In this document: positions 1 to 12,039 of the stretch, piece after piece
Numbering within the stretch: the stretch's first letter is position 1
Layout: each line of letters starts with the position of its first letter
DNA from: the human T2T-CHM13v2.0 reference genome, Homo sapiens
Reading direction: 5' to 3' (one strand)
DNA length: 64,000 nt
Assembly: GCF_009914755.1 (NCBI RefSeq)
Contig: NC_060933.1
The notes under the pieces: model-generated
What the model saw: the letters and a program-made list of their open reading frames with translations, nothing else
Database searches by the model: none
What the model was told of the DNA's origin: nothing
Made by a program: the position numbers and the translations under genes

Positions 1-949
1 CTAGACCTACCATAGACATGACTAATCAATTCTGGCATTCATTCCTATTGGGCTCGCATGCAGCCACAGAATCCTTCTCGGCCTTATGCTCCAGAGAGTA
101 TAAGGCTGGCCTCAAAGATGCAATGCATTTGCTATTGTTGATTGGCTTAGAAGCTCTTGGGGTTCATTCCTGTTCATTTCCTGGTGAAGAAGAAATGGCC
201 TCCAGGATCTGGCAAGAATAAGGGCCCTGGAGCAGCCTTGAGCATCTGGCTCTCAATTTCCGCATTCTTTCTCTCCCTTTAAGAAGAGGTGAGATGTGAT
301 GAGAGGCACAGGCTGTGAGGCCTCAGGCTTTTATCTCTGGCAATGACATGGGCAGCGTGACATGCAGGGTAATGAATTGCCGTCTTTGCAGAAATGAATA
401 AGTTGTGGTCAGTGATGAAATGATCAATTTGCTCCATCATGTTAAGCTGCCCATTCATCATCCACACCTGCTGTCAGGAGCCCAGGGCCGCTGATATTGG
501 CCTCAAGCCTCTTCCTCAGCTAGCCGAGCAATCGCCGTTGGAGCTGCCTCCAAGCTCAAGGCTGCCTTTGATTACAGCCTTTGAGGAGGGGCCCAATTAC
601 TTACTGCTCAGCCACCGGTGACTCTGAAAACAAGGGACATTTGTGCTGACCTGGGCTGTTGACATGTAGCCTAACAAAATGTGAAAGACCCTCTGACAGG
701 GATCCAGGTGGCCCGTCTTATTGTCCCACAGTGCGACCTTGGGCCAGGCCATGTCATTTCTGTTCCTTAGCTTCTCTATTATAAAAGGAAGGGGTGGAGG
801 AGACTCCCAGTTCTCCATCTCCGACCCAATAGATCTGCAAATGTCTGCTATGGAAAGGACAGTTTGTGATTTTAACTCCCCCACCCACTGAGGCAAATAA
901 CAGCATTTATTAGCTGAGATTGTTTGGCAGCAGTGAATCATTCTTTGGC

Positions 950-2050
950 TTAACTGAAAATAAGGTGTAATTATCACATTTTACTGATAAGGAAACTGAG
1001 GCCTAACAAGGTTAAGTGGGGTGCCCAAAGCCACAAAGAGAGGTTGTGTTATAGTTACAATTGAATCTGTATCTGTTTGACTTCTAAACCCTTGCTTTTC
1101 CCACTGCAAATTGTTTTGGCTAGAGAGCAGGCTATTAAGACATTCTAGCCAAGCCAATTTCCTGAGAGTTCTGCAGGTACCAGGTGTTGCTGGAGCCCAG
1201 CATCTGCTCAGAGGAAGGCAGAGAGACCCAGAGGAACCCAGAATGAGACACTCATTTTTGCATCCTCAGTTTCCAAGTTAATTTTCTAGCTCCTGGTTAG
1301 GACCCGAATTACAGAGACCAGGCAGCTGTCCAACAAGAATGCTGACAGGTTTCATTGTCCTCTAGGGTAGCTGCTGCCTAAAGAATATTTGATTTTTTGT
1401 TTTTTTAACAACAACAAAACAGATGGGTTCCCTGTATTGAGCATCTCCTGAGTGCAAAGCCCTGCACTATGTGCTCAACACTTGATCCTTGATGGTTTAA
1501 AGCCTCAACAGTGTGATCAGGTTAGTTGCTCACATTCTTGGATAGAAAAACTGAAACTTAGAGCAGATAAGAGACTTGTCCAAGGTCATTTAGCTCATTA
1601 GTGGCAGAGCTGTAGCTCAATCTGTATCCATCAGTCATCTGTCCATCAAGTCCAGTGGAGTAGAAGGGGTCACACAATGGGCTCAGAGACAGAGAACCTT
1701 GTGCTAGTTCACACCCTTGACCTGTCCATGTATGTATGGACATGTAAGCTTGGGCGGGTTACACAGGGCTTGGTTTTCTTATCTTTTTTTAAGGGCTTGG
1801 TGTTATTTTTAAAATAGCAGAGATTCTAATAACAGCAGCTACCTGTTATTCAACTCTTATTATGAGCTGGCATTCAGGTGTTTCATTTTATTTCATTTCT
1901 GAAAACAATCCCATGATATAGCATCATTATCCCTATTATATATATCCAACAACTGAGACTAGAAAGGGAATATAACTTACTCCAGGCCACAATGTTAGTG
2001 AATGGCAGAGCTAGGATTCTCTGACCTCGAAGTCAAAGTTCTCAGCTACT
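950..2050. mobile_element. Several degenerate MIR SINE fragments
   Basis: MIR core motifs such as 'ataaggaaactgaggcct', 'gacttgtccaaggtca' and 'agtggcagagctagga'. Confidence 0.7.
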
Positions 2051-2062
2051 TAGTTATACAGG

Positions 2063-2226
2063 AGAAATGTTTCTTAATATTGAATGTGCAACTAAATCAC
2101 CTGGGGATCCTGTTAAAATGCAGATTCTAATTTAGTTTGTCTAGATTGGGGCCTGATAATCTACATTTCAAATAAGCAAGGGATGCCAATGCTGCTGGTC
2201 CAAGGACCACACTTTGAGCAGCAATG
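2063..2226. mobile_element. MER5A (hAT-Charlie)
   Basis: 'aatcacctggggatcctgttaaaatgcagattct...gctgctggtccaaggaccacactttgag'. Confidence 0.8.
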
Positions 2227-2241
2227 CCCTGGAATCTAGTT

Positions 2242-2478
2242 AAAGCTTGGCAAACTTTTTCTGCAAAGAGCCAGATGGTAAATATTTCAGGCTTACTGGG
2301 CCATAAGTAACTACTATTACTTTGTTGCAACTACTTAGCTTTGCCATTACTGCAAGGTATCAGTCATTGATAATACGTAAACAAATGGATGTAACTATGT
2401 TCCAATAAAACTTTGTTTATTAAAAAAAAAACAGGTGATGGGCCAAATTGGCTCATGGGATATAGTTGGCAAACATCT
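2242..2478. mobile_element. MER58A (hAT-Charlie)
   Basis: 'ttggcaaactttttctgcaaagagccagatggtaaatatttcaggc...ttccaataaaactttgtttat'. Confidence 0.8.
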
Positions 2479-2553
2479 GAGAGAGTTTCCAGATCATTTA
2501 GCTTCCATCAGCCTCATTGTCTTTTCACACCCACCACTCTGAATAGTCTAATG

Positions 2554-2737
2554 CAATGGCTCTCAAAGTATGGTCCATTGATCAGTAGCATGAGCATCCC
2601 TTAGGAACTTGTTAGACATTCAAATCTGTAGGCCCCAACCCAGACCTACTGAACCAGAAAACCTGGAGGTGAGCCCAGCAATCTGTAGTTTAAAAAGCCC
2701 TCCAAGTAATGGTTATATGTGCCAAAGTATAAGAACT
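2554..2737. mobile_element. MER5A
   Basis: 'tctcaaagtatggtcc...cccagacctactgaaccagaaa...agcaatctgtagtttaa'. Confidence 0.75.
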
Positions 2738-3805
2738 GAGAAAGAATTGACATCTCTGAAATGTAGGCAAGACCTCGTGCCTTCCACTTTTGGCAGAATG
2801 AGAAGGCACAAGATGACAGGGATGAGGACTCGAAGTCTGGTGTCAGATAGAGCTCTATTGAAATATTGGCTTTTTCTCTGATTAGCTTTGTGACCTTGGC
2901 CAGGTGGCTGAGGATCTGGGAACAAACCACAGCTTCTTCCTTTGCAACAACATAAGAATATAAAGTGTTTATGAAGGCTGAGGAGTCAATGAAATGAGTT
3001 GATGCCCACAAAGGATTTGGCTCAGTCCTTGGTTCATAAAAAGTCCTCATGAAATGGAAACCATTGTCCTCATTATGATGAAGAGAAGTCCTCTAAATAG
3101 TCCCAGATGGACTGGTATGAACTGTCAAATGGAGGCAACTGGGGGCTTTTGAATTTGAGAGCAGAAATAGTAAATGAGACCAAATATGTTGTGACTAAAA
3201 ATATTGCATAGCTATTGGCTTAGCTGTTTAAAGGGACTAAGTTAAGAGCTAGCCGATCCTGTTCACCCTTCTGGGCACTCTGTAGTGAATGCTTGTCAGT
3301 TATTATAGTAAACCTTGATTTGTATCTTCTGAGCAGGGCTCTGGCCCAGAAGATGCACTGTGTGCTTGAGGCCCTGCTAGAAGTGGAAAAATTACCAGCT
3401 TTGGATCCATGTAGGCAAAGATTTGAACCTCCTGCTGCTCTAGCATCTGACTGTGTGGTCGTAGCAAGTTGTTTCACCTTTCTGGGCTTTATTTTCTCTT
3501 CTATAAAATGGGGCCAGTGTTAAAAACCTCATTGGGTTGTTGTGAGAATTACAAATGTTGTCATTTATTTTTTTTCAGTGTACTGTGTACCATGCACTTT
3601 CTGTGGATATAATGAGCAAGAGAAATAAGCCATCTCTGCATGCAGGAGTTTCAGCTTAACTGGAAAACTAAACAAGAAACTACAGTCAACATGCTATCAT
3701 GGGGAAGGACAGGAGTCTCTTTCCGGAGAGGTTTGTCCAGAATTTCCCAACATTGGCTGTACAGCAGAACGAACTGAGAGCTTTAAAAAATGCCACTGCC
3801 TTTAG

Positions 3806-4157
<352 letters not shown>

Positions 4158-4292
4158 AACTATTCAGAACTCTTGGGGCAGGCCTTTTTTCATATATATT
4201 ATATATAATATATATGAAATATGTATATTAACTTTTTATTTAACATAATATCAAACTTACAGAACAGTTGTAAAATTAAATATAAAATATTG

Positions 4293-4897
4293 CCACTTCT
4301 TTCAGCATTGTACTGGAGGTTTTAGTCATGGAAATTAGGCAAGAAAAATAAACAAAAGACATTCCGATTGAAAAAGCAATAAAATGATCTCCATTCATTC
4401 ATGACATAATTTGGCATCTACAAAACCCCAAGGAACATACATACATACATACACACACAATTAGAATTAATAAATAACTTCGGCAAGGTTGCACAGTATG
4501 GGGTCAACGTATAAAAGTCGATTGTATTTCTCTACACTAGCAATGAGCAAACAAAAAATAAAATTGGAAAACCAATTTCATTTACTGTAGCACCAAAAAG
4601 AATGAAATACTTAGATTTAGAAATACACTTAACAAAATAAGTGTAAGACTTCTACATTAAGAACTACAAAACAATGTTGAAAGAAATTAAGATCTAAATA
4701 GAAAGACATCCTATGTTCATGGGTTGAAAGATTTAATATTGTTAACATGGTAACAATCCCCACAAGGATGTACTGATTCAATGCAGTCCCTATCAGATTC
4801 CCAGTTAATTTTTTTTTTTTTTTTGCAGAAATTGAGAAGCTCATTCCAAAATTCATATGAAAATACAAGGAACCCAGATAGTCAAATAATCTTGAAA
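4293..4897 (+). mobile_element. L1 ORF2 (reverse transcriptase region) fragment, degenerate
   Basis: 'cattgtactggaggttttag...aggcaagaaaaa', 'aaagacatcctatgttcatgggttgaaagatttaatattgtt', 'ccaaaattcatatg'. Confidence 0.85.
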
Positions 4898-4899
4898 GT

Positions 4900-5990
4900 T
4901 GCAGTACTCGCATGTCCCAATTTTTCTTCTATTTTTTCCCTGCTACTTTTTCTCAGTCTCTCTTTCTCTCTACGAATACATGTACATATGCGTGTGTATG
5001 TTTTTATATACACATGCATACATACACATACATACACACACTTTTTTCTTTTTTTGAACTGGGAATAAGGTAAAGAAAGACAATGCTTTTTGTTTTCTTA
5101 AATACTTTGGGTCACATTGCTTCAAAACTAAGATATTTTATTTATAACTCTAATATAATTACTGACATCAGGTGGTTGCTATTAATATAGTACTATTACC
5201 TAATCTATACATTTCTTCAAGTGTTCCACTAATGTTTTTACAGCAAGAGAAAGTCCCAGCCCATGTGTTGCACTCAGTTGTCATGGTCTCTTGGGATCTT
5301 TGAATTTGGACAGCTTTCAGCCTGCTTTGCTTTTATAAGCTTGATGTTCCCAAGGATATAGGTCAGTTATTTTGTACGGTGCCTCTCAATCTGGGTCTGT
5401 TTCATGTTTCCTCATGATTAGATTCAGATTATGTTTTTGTTTTTGTTTTTGAGACGGAGTCTCGCTCTGTTGCTCTGTCACCAGGCTAGAGTGCAGTGGT
5501 GTGATTTCGGCTCACTGCAACCTCCGCCTCCCAGGTTGAAGCGATTCTCCTGTCTCAGCCTCCTGAGTAGCTAGGACTACAGGCACATGCCACCACATCC
5601 AGCTCATTTTTGTATTTTTCACTGAGACGGGGTTTCACCATGTTGGCCAGGATGGTCTCGATCTCCTGACCTCGTGATCCACCTGCCTTGGCCTCCCAAA
5701 ATACTGGGATTGCAGGTGTGAGCCACCCCGCCTGGCCTAGATTCAGATTATGTATTTTTGACAAGAACACCACAGACATGATGTTGTGGCTTTCTCAGTG
5801 CATATCAGGAAGCATGTGATGTTGATTTGTGATGTTAACTTTGGTTAAGGTGGCATTGGCGAGGTTTCTCCACTGTAAGGTTATTATTTTTACTTTGTAA
5901 TTAGTAGGCTACTTCTAGGGAGATACTTTGAGGCTATGTGAATACTCTGCTACTCTTCAAATTTTCTACTAGAATTGAGCATGCCTCTGT
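4900..5990 (-). mobile_element. Old L1M (L1MC/ME-like) 3' region interrupted by an Alu
   Basis: 'gtttcctcatgattagattcagattatg', 'ttggttaaggtgg', 'gggagatactttgaggctatg'. Confidence 0.6.
5435..5737 (-). mobile_element. AluSc-like with 16-bp TSD
   Basis: TSD tagattcagattatgt at 5419-5434 and 5738-5753. Sc-type 'gtcaccagg' and 'gacctcgtgatcc'. Confidence 0.95.
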
Positions 5991-6067
5991 AATTTTTAAG
6001 AGCTCATTGGGTTGTACGAATGTCACCATGTTTGAGAGCCACTCACTTAAACTAAAGAGCCAACACT

Positions 6068-6369
6068 GGCCGGGAGTGGTGGCTCACGCCTGTAATCTCA
6101 GCACTTTGAGAGGCCGAGGTGGGCAGATCACAAGGTCAGGAGATTGAGACCATCCTGGCTAACAAGGTGAAACCCCGTCTCTACTAAAAATAGAAAAATT
6201 AGCCGGGCGTGGCGGCGGGTGCCTGTAGTCCCAGCTACTCAGGAAGCTGAGGCAGAAGAATGGCATGAACCCGGGAGGTGGAGCTTGCAGTGAGCCGAGA
6301 CCGCACCACTGCACTCCAGCCTGGGCGACAAAGCTGGACTCCGTCTCAAAAACAAACAAACAAAAAAAA
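6068..6369 (+). mobile_element. AluY, full length
   Basis: ggccgggagtggtggctcacgcc..., 'gagaccatcctggctaac', 'ggagcttgcagtgagccgag', CpG-rich. TSD is about aaagagcc(a/g)aca. Confidence 0.95.
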
Positions 6370-7599
6370 GAGCCGACATCTGGCCTCCTAGAAGAAGAGA
6401 TGTTTAAACTGAGGCCAAAAGGATGAGTAGGAATAGCCCTAGTCACTGGAAATTGGTGGGTATGGCACTGGGAGTAGATGTTCTAGGATCATAATAGTCC
6501 CAGAGACATGCAAACATACAAGATACCTAGAAATAAGCCGGGTCTAGCTGGCCAGCAGAGAGTACGATATAGGATGCAGACAGCAGGTGCAAGCAGGGGG
6601 CATTCAGTGAGTTTGGACTTATTACAAAGGCAAGGAAACACTATGAAATGGGTTCAACCAAGGAAATGATATAACAATTTTTGTGCTGAAAAAACTATTC
6701 CCTGACTGCCAGGTGGGGCCTCAATTTGAGGGTGGCAAGAGTGAAGGCAGGAAGTGCAGTGAGGAGGTGAGAAGGTGATAAGTGCCTGGAGAGAGGAAAT
6801 GACAACCGACTACGGCAGTGAAGATGGGGATCGGCAGATATACAGCAGCACTGAGACACAGAAGCACTGTGTGGAGAGGGTGAGTGTGACCACTGGGAGA
6901 TGGCAGAACATGACGACAAAGGAGAAAGGGCTTCTACAATGGATGTGTGAGATCAGATAAGGCTTCCTGGAGGAGGTGGTGTGTGCCAAGCCCTAATGGA
7001 TGAGTAAAACGTAGCCAGATAAAGTGGCAGGTGTTGCCTGTGTTCTAGGCAGAAGGACAAGAGGTATGAGGACCTAAAAGCACTCAAGAAGGCTGAAACC
7101 TCCAGAATGGAGCACGTGGATGTGACTGGAGAGAGAAGCAGGGCTGAGTCCTCAAGGGCTATGAGTGTCACACTGAGAAGTGTGGGCTTTATCCTCATAG
7201 CAACAGCAAGCGGAGCAATGGAAGGGTCTAAAGCAAGTTTGCGGTTTAGATGAATCCACTCCAGTGGCTCGTGGAGGATGACCTGAAAGGCAGGGGTTAG
7301 GGAGGCAGGAAGAACATCTAAGGAGCCTGTTTGCTAAAGGTATAGAAGAAATAGCTGCCGGGGGTCCACACATGCAGACGCTCAACACTGGAAGTTGTCA
7401 CCATAACTCCCAGCTCAGAAAGGACAGCCAGGCAGATCCATTGCAAGCTTTAATTGGGGTCTTTTCTGTAAACCTTCGGAGAGCAGGTCAAAAGATGAAG
7501 AAAACACCTTCCCATGCAGAAGACAGAAAGGAAAACAACCTGTTGGCTGGGGATGGGGAGAAGAGAGAAAAAGCAAGGGTCTCGCTCCAGTGCAGAATG

Positions 7600-7960
7600 A
7601 AGACAAATGGGCAGCGAGTTCCGGAGAATACATCCTTTCTCCAGAACACTTGCCTCTCCATCAGGGCCACGCAAAGCCCTGTCAGTCGCGAGCAGAGCTT
7701 TTGTGTGCGTGCCGGCTGCGCTCCCGTTGCCATGGCGATGGGGCCATAAGTCATGTCTGCTGGTGCTGCACAGAGCCGCTGTGATTTATGCCTGTCTCGC
7801 TGGGATTGTAAACTTTTTTTTAATGTTCAAAATCCGTCACAGCCAGGGAGGGCAGGGTGTCTCTGGCTCACTTTGGAGGAGAGGAGGTGTTGTCAGACCT
7901 TGCCTGACTCTCTGCCAGTGATGCTCCTCCGAGCCCTGCAGCTGGGGTCGCTGGACCATC
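7600..7960. promoter_or_regulatory. Candidate intronic enhancer (CpG-enriched; RFX X-box and PBX-HOX motifs)
   Basis: Non-repeat with local CpG excess. GTTGCCATGGCGAT at 7726-7739 and TGATTTATG at 7782-7790. Confidence 0.5.
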
Positions 7961-8282
7961 TAAGCCAGGCTCTGCAGAACTCCCTTCTGACTCCAGCCAA
8001 AGGGTTTCAAAAACCTGAGGTTGATGCTCATTCCTGAGGCCAGGCTACTACCTCAGGAGTATCCTGTATTCAATTCTTTGTTTTGCCTCCCCAGGCTTAG
8101 ACTATGCATGCCAGCTTTTTATGCTTTAATTTGGCTTAATAACCTGCACTATATCCCAGCCTCTTTACAACTGGATTTCTAGAAGGTGCAATGGAAAGAA
8201 TGTGGGTTTGAAATCATACCTTCTAGGCCTGATTTTTTTTTTTTCATCCATTCAATAGGACTAATATACCTTCATCTAAGGC

Positions 8283-8486
8283 ATGTCTTCTCAACTTTAG
8301 CCTTTTGCTATTGGGGGTTGGATAGTTCTTTATTTTAGCCCTGGGCATTGTAGGGTGTTTAGCAATATCCCTGACTTCTATCTACTAGATACCAATAGCA
8401 CCCTCCCAGTTGTAACCCCCCAGAAATGTTTCCAGCGATTGCCAAATGTCTTCTGGGGGACAAAATCCCCCTCTTTAAAATCCAGT
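8283..8486. mobile_element. MER20 (hAT-Charlie)
   Basis: 'cattgtagggtgtttagcaatatccctgacttctatctactagataccaatagcaccctcccagttgt...ttgccaaatgtc'. Confidence 0.85.
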
Positions 8487-8956
8487 TTAGAGATGAAGGA
8501 AGTGAAGATTTTCCTCCTGACCTATACTATTCTCAGCTTACACAGGAAACCAAAATTTCCTCCCAAAGACCAGGCTGATCATTCCTTCTAGATGCCATGT
8601 TTACCTGACTGGACCAGACACCTGCACAGCTGACTCAGCCCCCAGAACCTGTGAAGTCCAGTGTGTGAATCCAGCCAGATCCATGTCATGAATCTCCCCA
8701 GGCTGCCCCATTTCAATACAGTTAACTCAGTCCGGTCACACCTAGGAGGAGACTGCAGGGCTGAAAGATGCTGTAAGAGGAGGAGAGAGGGAGAGGTGTA
8801 TTGTGGAGCCATACTGTCTGTTCCAGGGACTCTGCATCTAGAGTGCCTTTAAGGTGTGTGGCATAATTTGCTAGAACTGGCAGGGATGGCCATGCACCCT
8901 TCCCCCAAAACCATTCTTTTTTCTCTTATTTCTTCCCCCCACCCAGCCCCCCACCA

Positions 8957-9410
8957 TTTTTTATTTTGGTAAAATACACACAACGTAAAATTTACTATCT
9001 TAATCACTTTTAAGAGTATAATTTAGTGGTATTAGTGTATTCATATTGGTGTGCCATCATCACCACCATCTATCTCCAGAAGTCTTCTCATCTTGCAAAA
9101 TGAAATTCTATACCCATCAAACAATAACTCTCCATTCTCCCCTCCCCCAACTCTCCGCAACCACTATTCTACTTTCTGTTTCTATGATTTTGGCTACTCT
9201 AAGTACCTCATATAAGTGGAATCATACAGTGTTTGTCCTTTTGTGCCTGGCTTATTTCCCTTAGCATAGTGTCCTCAAGATTCATCTATGTTGTAGCATA
9301 TGTCAGAATGTCCTTCCTTTTTAGGGCTGAATAATATTCCATTAGATAAACTGTTGACAGATAGTTGAGTTGCTTCCATGTTTAGCTATTGTGAAAAACA
9401 CTGCTATCAG
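8957..9410 (-). mobile_element. L1MA/L1MB 3' end
   Basis: 'ccactattctactttctgtttctatgattttggctactctaagtacctcatataagtggaatcatacagt...ggctgaataatattccatt'. Confidence 0.88.
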
Positions 9411-11975
9411 TCTCATATTCTTTTTGGAAGCATCTTTGAGTCTCACTCCAATGACTCAATCATCATGTACTTAATGAACACTTATTGGAGGCAAAACCTT
9501 AGGAAGGGCAAGTAGAGTATGCAGAAAACAAGAGTCACAATAATTTCTGAAAAGGCATGAGTTTAAAAATATCCTAATGAAGGATTCCTACAACAGATCA
9601 AAATCTGGGCTAAATAATTGTAATATAATGACAACAACGGTAGCCAATCTATTTACGCTAAATGCATCATGCATCAATTCACTTGATTCTCAACAGCATT
9701 TGCACAAGGTAGCTACAGTTATTTCTACATTGCAAATATGGAGAATGAGGCAGTGGGATATGTTAACTTGTCCACTGTTACCCGCATAGTGAATGGCAGA
9801 GCTAGGATTTGAGGCAGAGCATTTAGCACCATAGCCTGTACCACTGATGGGATGCATTAGGCTAAAGGGTTTCAACTGGCAGGGTTGCTTCTTCTTCACT
9901 ACTCTGTCTCACTTACTTTTCTTCCTCTGTTGATTCTAGGAAATGTTATAGTTCTACTCACCTGGGACTTGTTCTCTTTCTGGAATATCCCAGCATGGGC
10001 ATCCTATCCACACACTGCCTCCCCAGTGAGGACCCTATGTCTTCTGCAGAGTCAGGGAAATTAAACAGGGAGCTCAGAGGTTGGCCAGCTTGACTAAGCC
10101 AACAGGAGAGAGACCAGTTCCCTCTGCCCACTCCCAAAATATGTGTGTGTGCTTCAAAAGATGCCCCATAGGAACCAAATCCCTCATTTTCTGATGTTTG
10201 GTTTAACTTGTGTAGCCTCTAAGCCATGATGGACTCATCTGGTATTACTTGATGTCTTCAGGAATGCTGGTCTTGAACTTGCTCCTACTTGAGTAGTGTT
10301 GGAGAGATTGTAGTATATAGACTTCATTTCTTAAAGATTTATGACATTTGTTCACATATTAACATCCCTGGGAAAACTGCCAGCAAGGAAATCAATGTAG
10401 CAACTTCATTTATAATAGGGTTTCTCAAACCTTTTAAATTATGGAATCCTCCTTTTTAATTTCGTTGCATCTACTAACCCCAAAGTACTAGTGTTATTTG
10501 GAACCGCGAGATAATGTGTGTTGTCATAATATAATACAATAGGCACTGGGATGCAAGAAATTTTGATAGGACTGTTTTGATGGTAGAGTGTTTATAGGTA
10601 AGGGGATTGAATGATACTTTGAGATAGCGTAAAGGTGTTTGTTAAGCAATTTAGTAGTAATATCAAAACATCTTCGTGAACATACAAGCAGAGCCACATA
10701 AAATTAATGTCATTGCAATTTTCTATATCCTCTCTCTGAGCTATTTACTGTGCTTAGAACTGGGAATGCAATGATGTTAAGATTCGATCCATGAACTCCA
10801 GGAACACATAGACTACCAGGTGAGGGCAGAAAGGGATACTAAACTACAATTGACTCCAATGCAATATAAGGCAATGCCCTGACCCTTACATCTGGAAAAA
10901 ATATTTTTGCAGCATGAACATAGCAATGAGGTGCCTATGATTCTGGAGGGCACATTCTCAAAAGGATGCTCAGAGGAAGTGATGCTTCTGTAAGGCTGGG
11001 ATGGATAAGGAGTAGTGTGCTAGGTACACTGGGGACTGTGAGTTTTGGGCTATTTTAGGCAGAGGGAGAGCACTGGCAAAGGCAAGGAAAATGGAAAGTG
11101 TACAGCATTTTGAGGAAATAGCAATTGAGGACATGGTGGGAGATGAGATCAGAGGGTATTATGGCCAGATTGTGAAGTGCTACTGAATGCTGGCTGAAAC
11201 AGTATGAATTTTTATTTTGAGGCAGTTGAAGGATGGGGAGGGCTCTAAATGGTTTTAAGCAGGAAACAGCCATGGCCCACTTGGTACAGCGGTTGGATTG
11301 GGGATGTGCACAGAGTGTGGTGGGGACTGAAAGCAGTGAGACTACGTATGAGGGCCTGAGCCAGAAAGTGTCCACGACGATAGAGAGGCATGACCATTTT
11401 TGAGGATATTTTGAAGGTAGGATGAAAGAACTTGGGGCTTTCCTCCATTTGCTCCTCCAAGCTCACTCTCAGCTTATTCTTCTCTTCCCTTGTGCTCAGG
11501 AGGCTGACTTTGATGGATGGACTCGATGGGCTTTTGTAGTTGGCTTCTCACTGGGTTCAGCCAATGGCAGCACCAGCAGGAGGTTTGGTGAGAAGTGGTT
11601 GGGTGCAGTTGGGACATTTATTTTCCTGGCTCTTTTGCGGCAGAGTCACCATGAACTGTGTGTATCCCTTGACTAAAGGCCTCAGCTCCATGGAATTCCC
11701 TCTCCATGTTTTTGTAACTTCACCCTCACCTTGACCCAGACACTAGCCACAGGGCACTGCAGATCTCTTGTTGCTTTTCTGGAACTTTCCCTCAATTTTG
11801 TGCATAGTCCCCTTTTAAATCTCCCCAAGCTTGAGCATGCCACCTGTTTCTTGCTGGGATCCTCTTTGATATTAGTCTTCTTGTTTGGTGAGAGGCAAAG
11901 GAGTTGAACCTAAGGTACAGATCAATTAATTATTCATTGACATATCCAACTCATCTTTCTGACTAGACTGCCCTG

Positions 11976-11977
<2 letters not shown>

Positions 11978-12028
<51 letters not shown>

Positions 12029-12039
12029 CGCGTGTGTGT
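11978..12039. repeat. Compound (GT)~21(CG)6(TG)3 microsatellite
   Basis: Directly visible. Confidence 0.97.

Noticed and set aside
4293-4897. L1 reverse transcriptase as an active or domesticated gene
   Set aside because: Short fragment with stops and frameshifts; no intact ORF.
6068-6369. Young polymorphic AluYb8 (has 'aacaaggtg')
   Set aside because: Lacks the Yb8 7-bp insertion and shows several decayed CpGs; treated as an ordinary AluY.
8931-8956. G-quadruplex on the transcribed strand (similar C-runs near 33923-33939 and 60793-60810)
   Set aside because: Fewer than four clean G3 tracts; weak and common.
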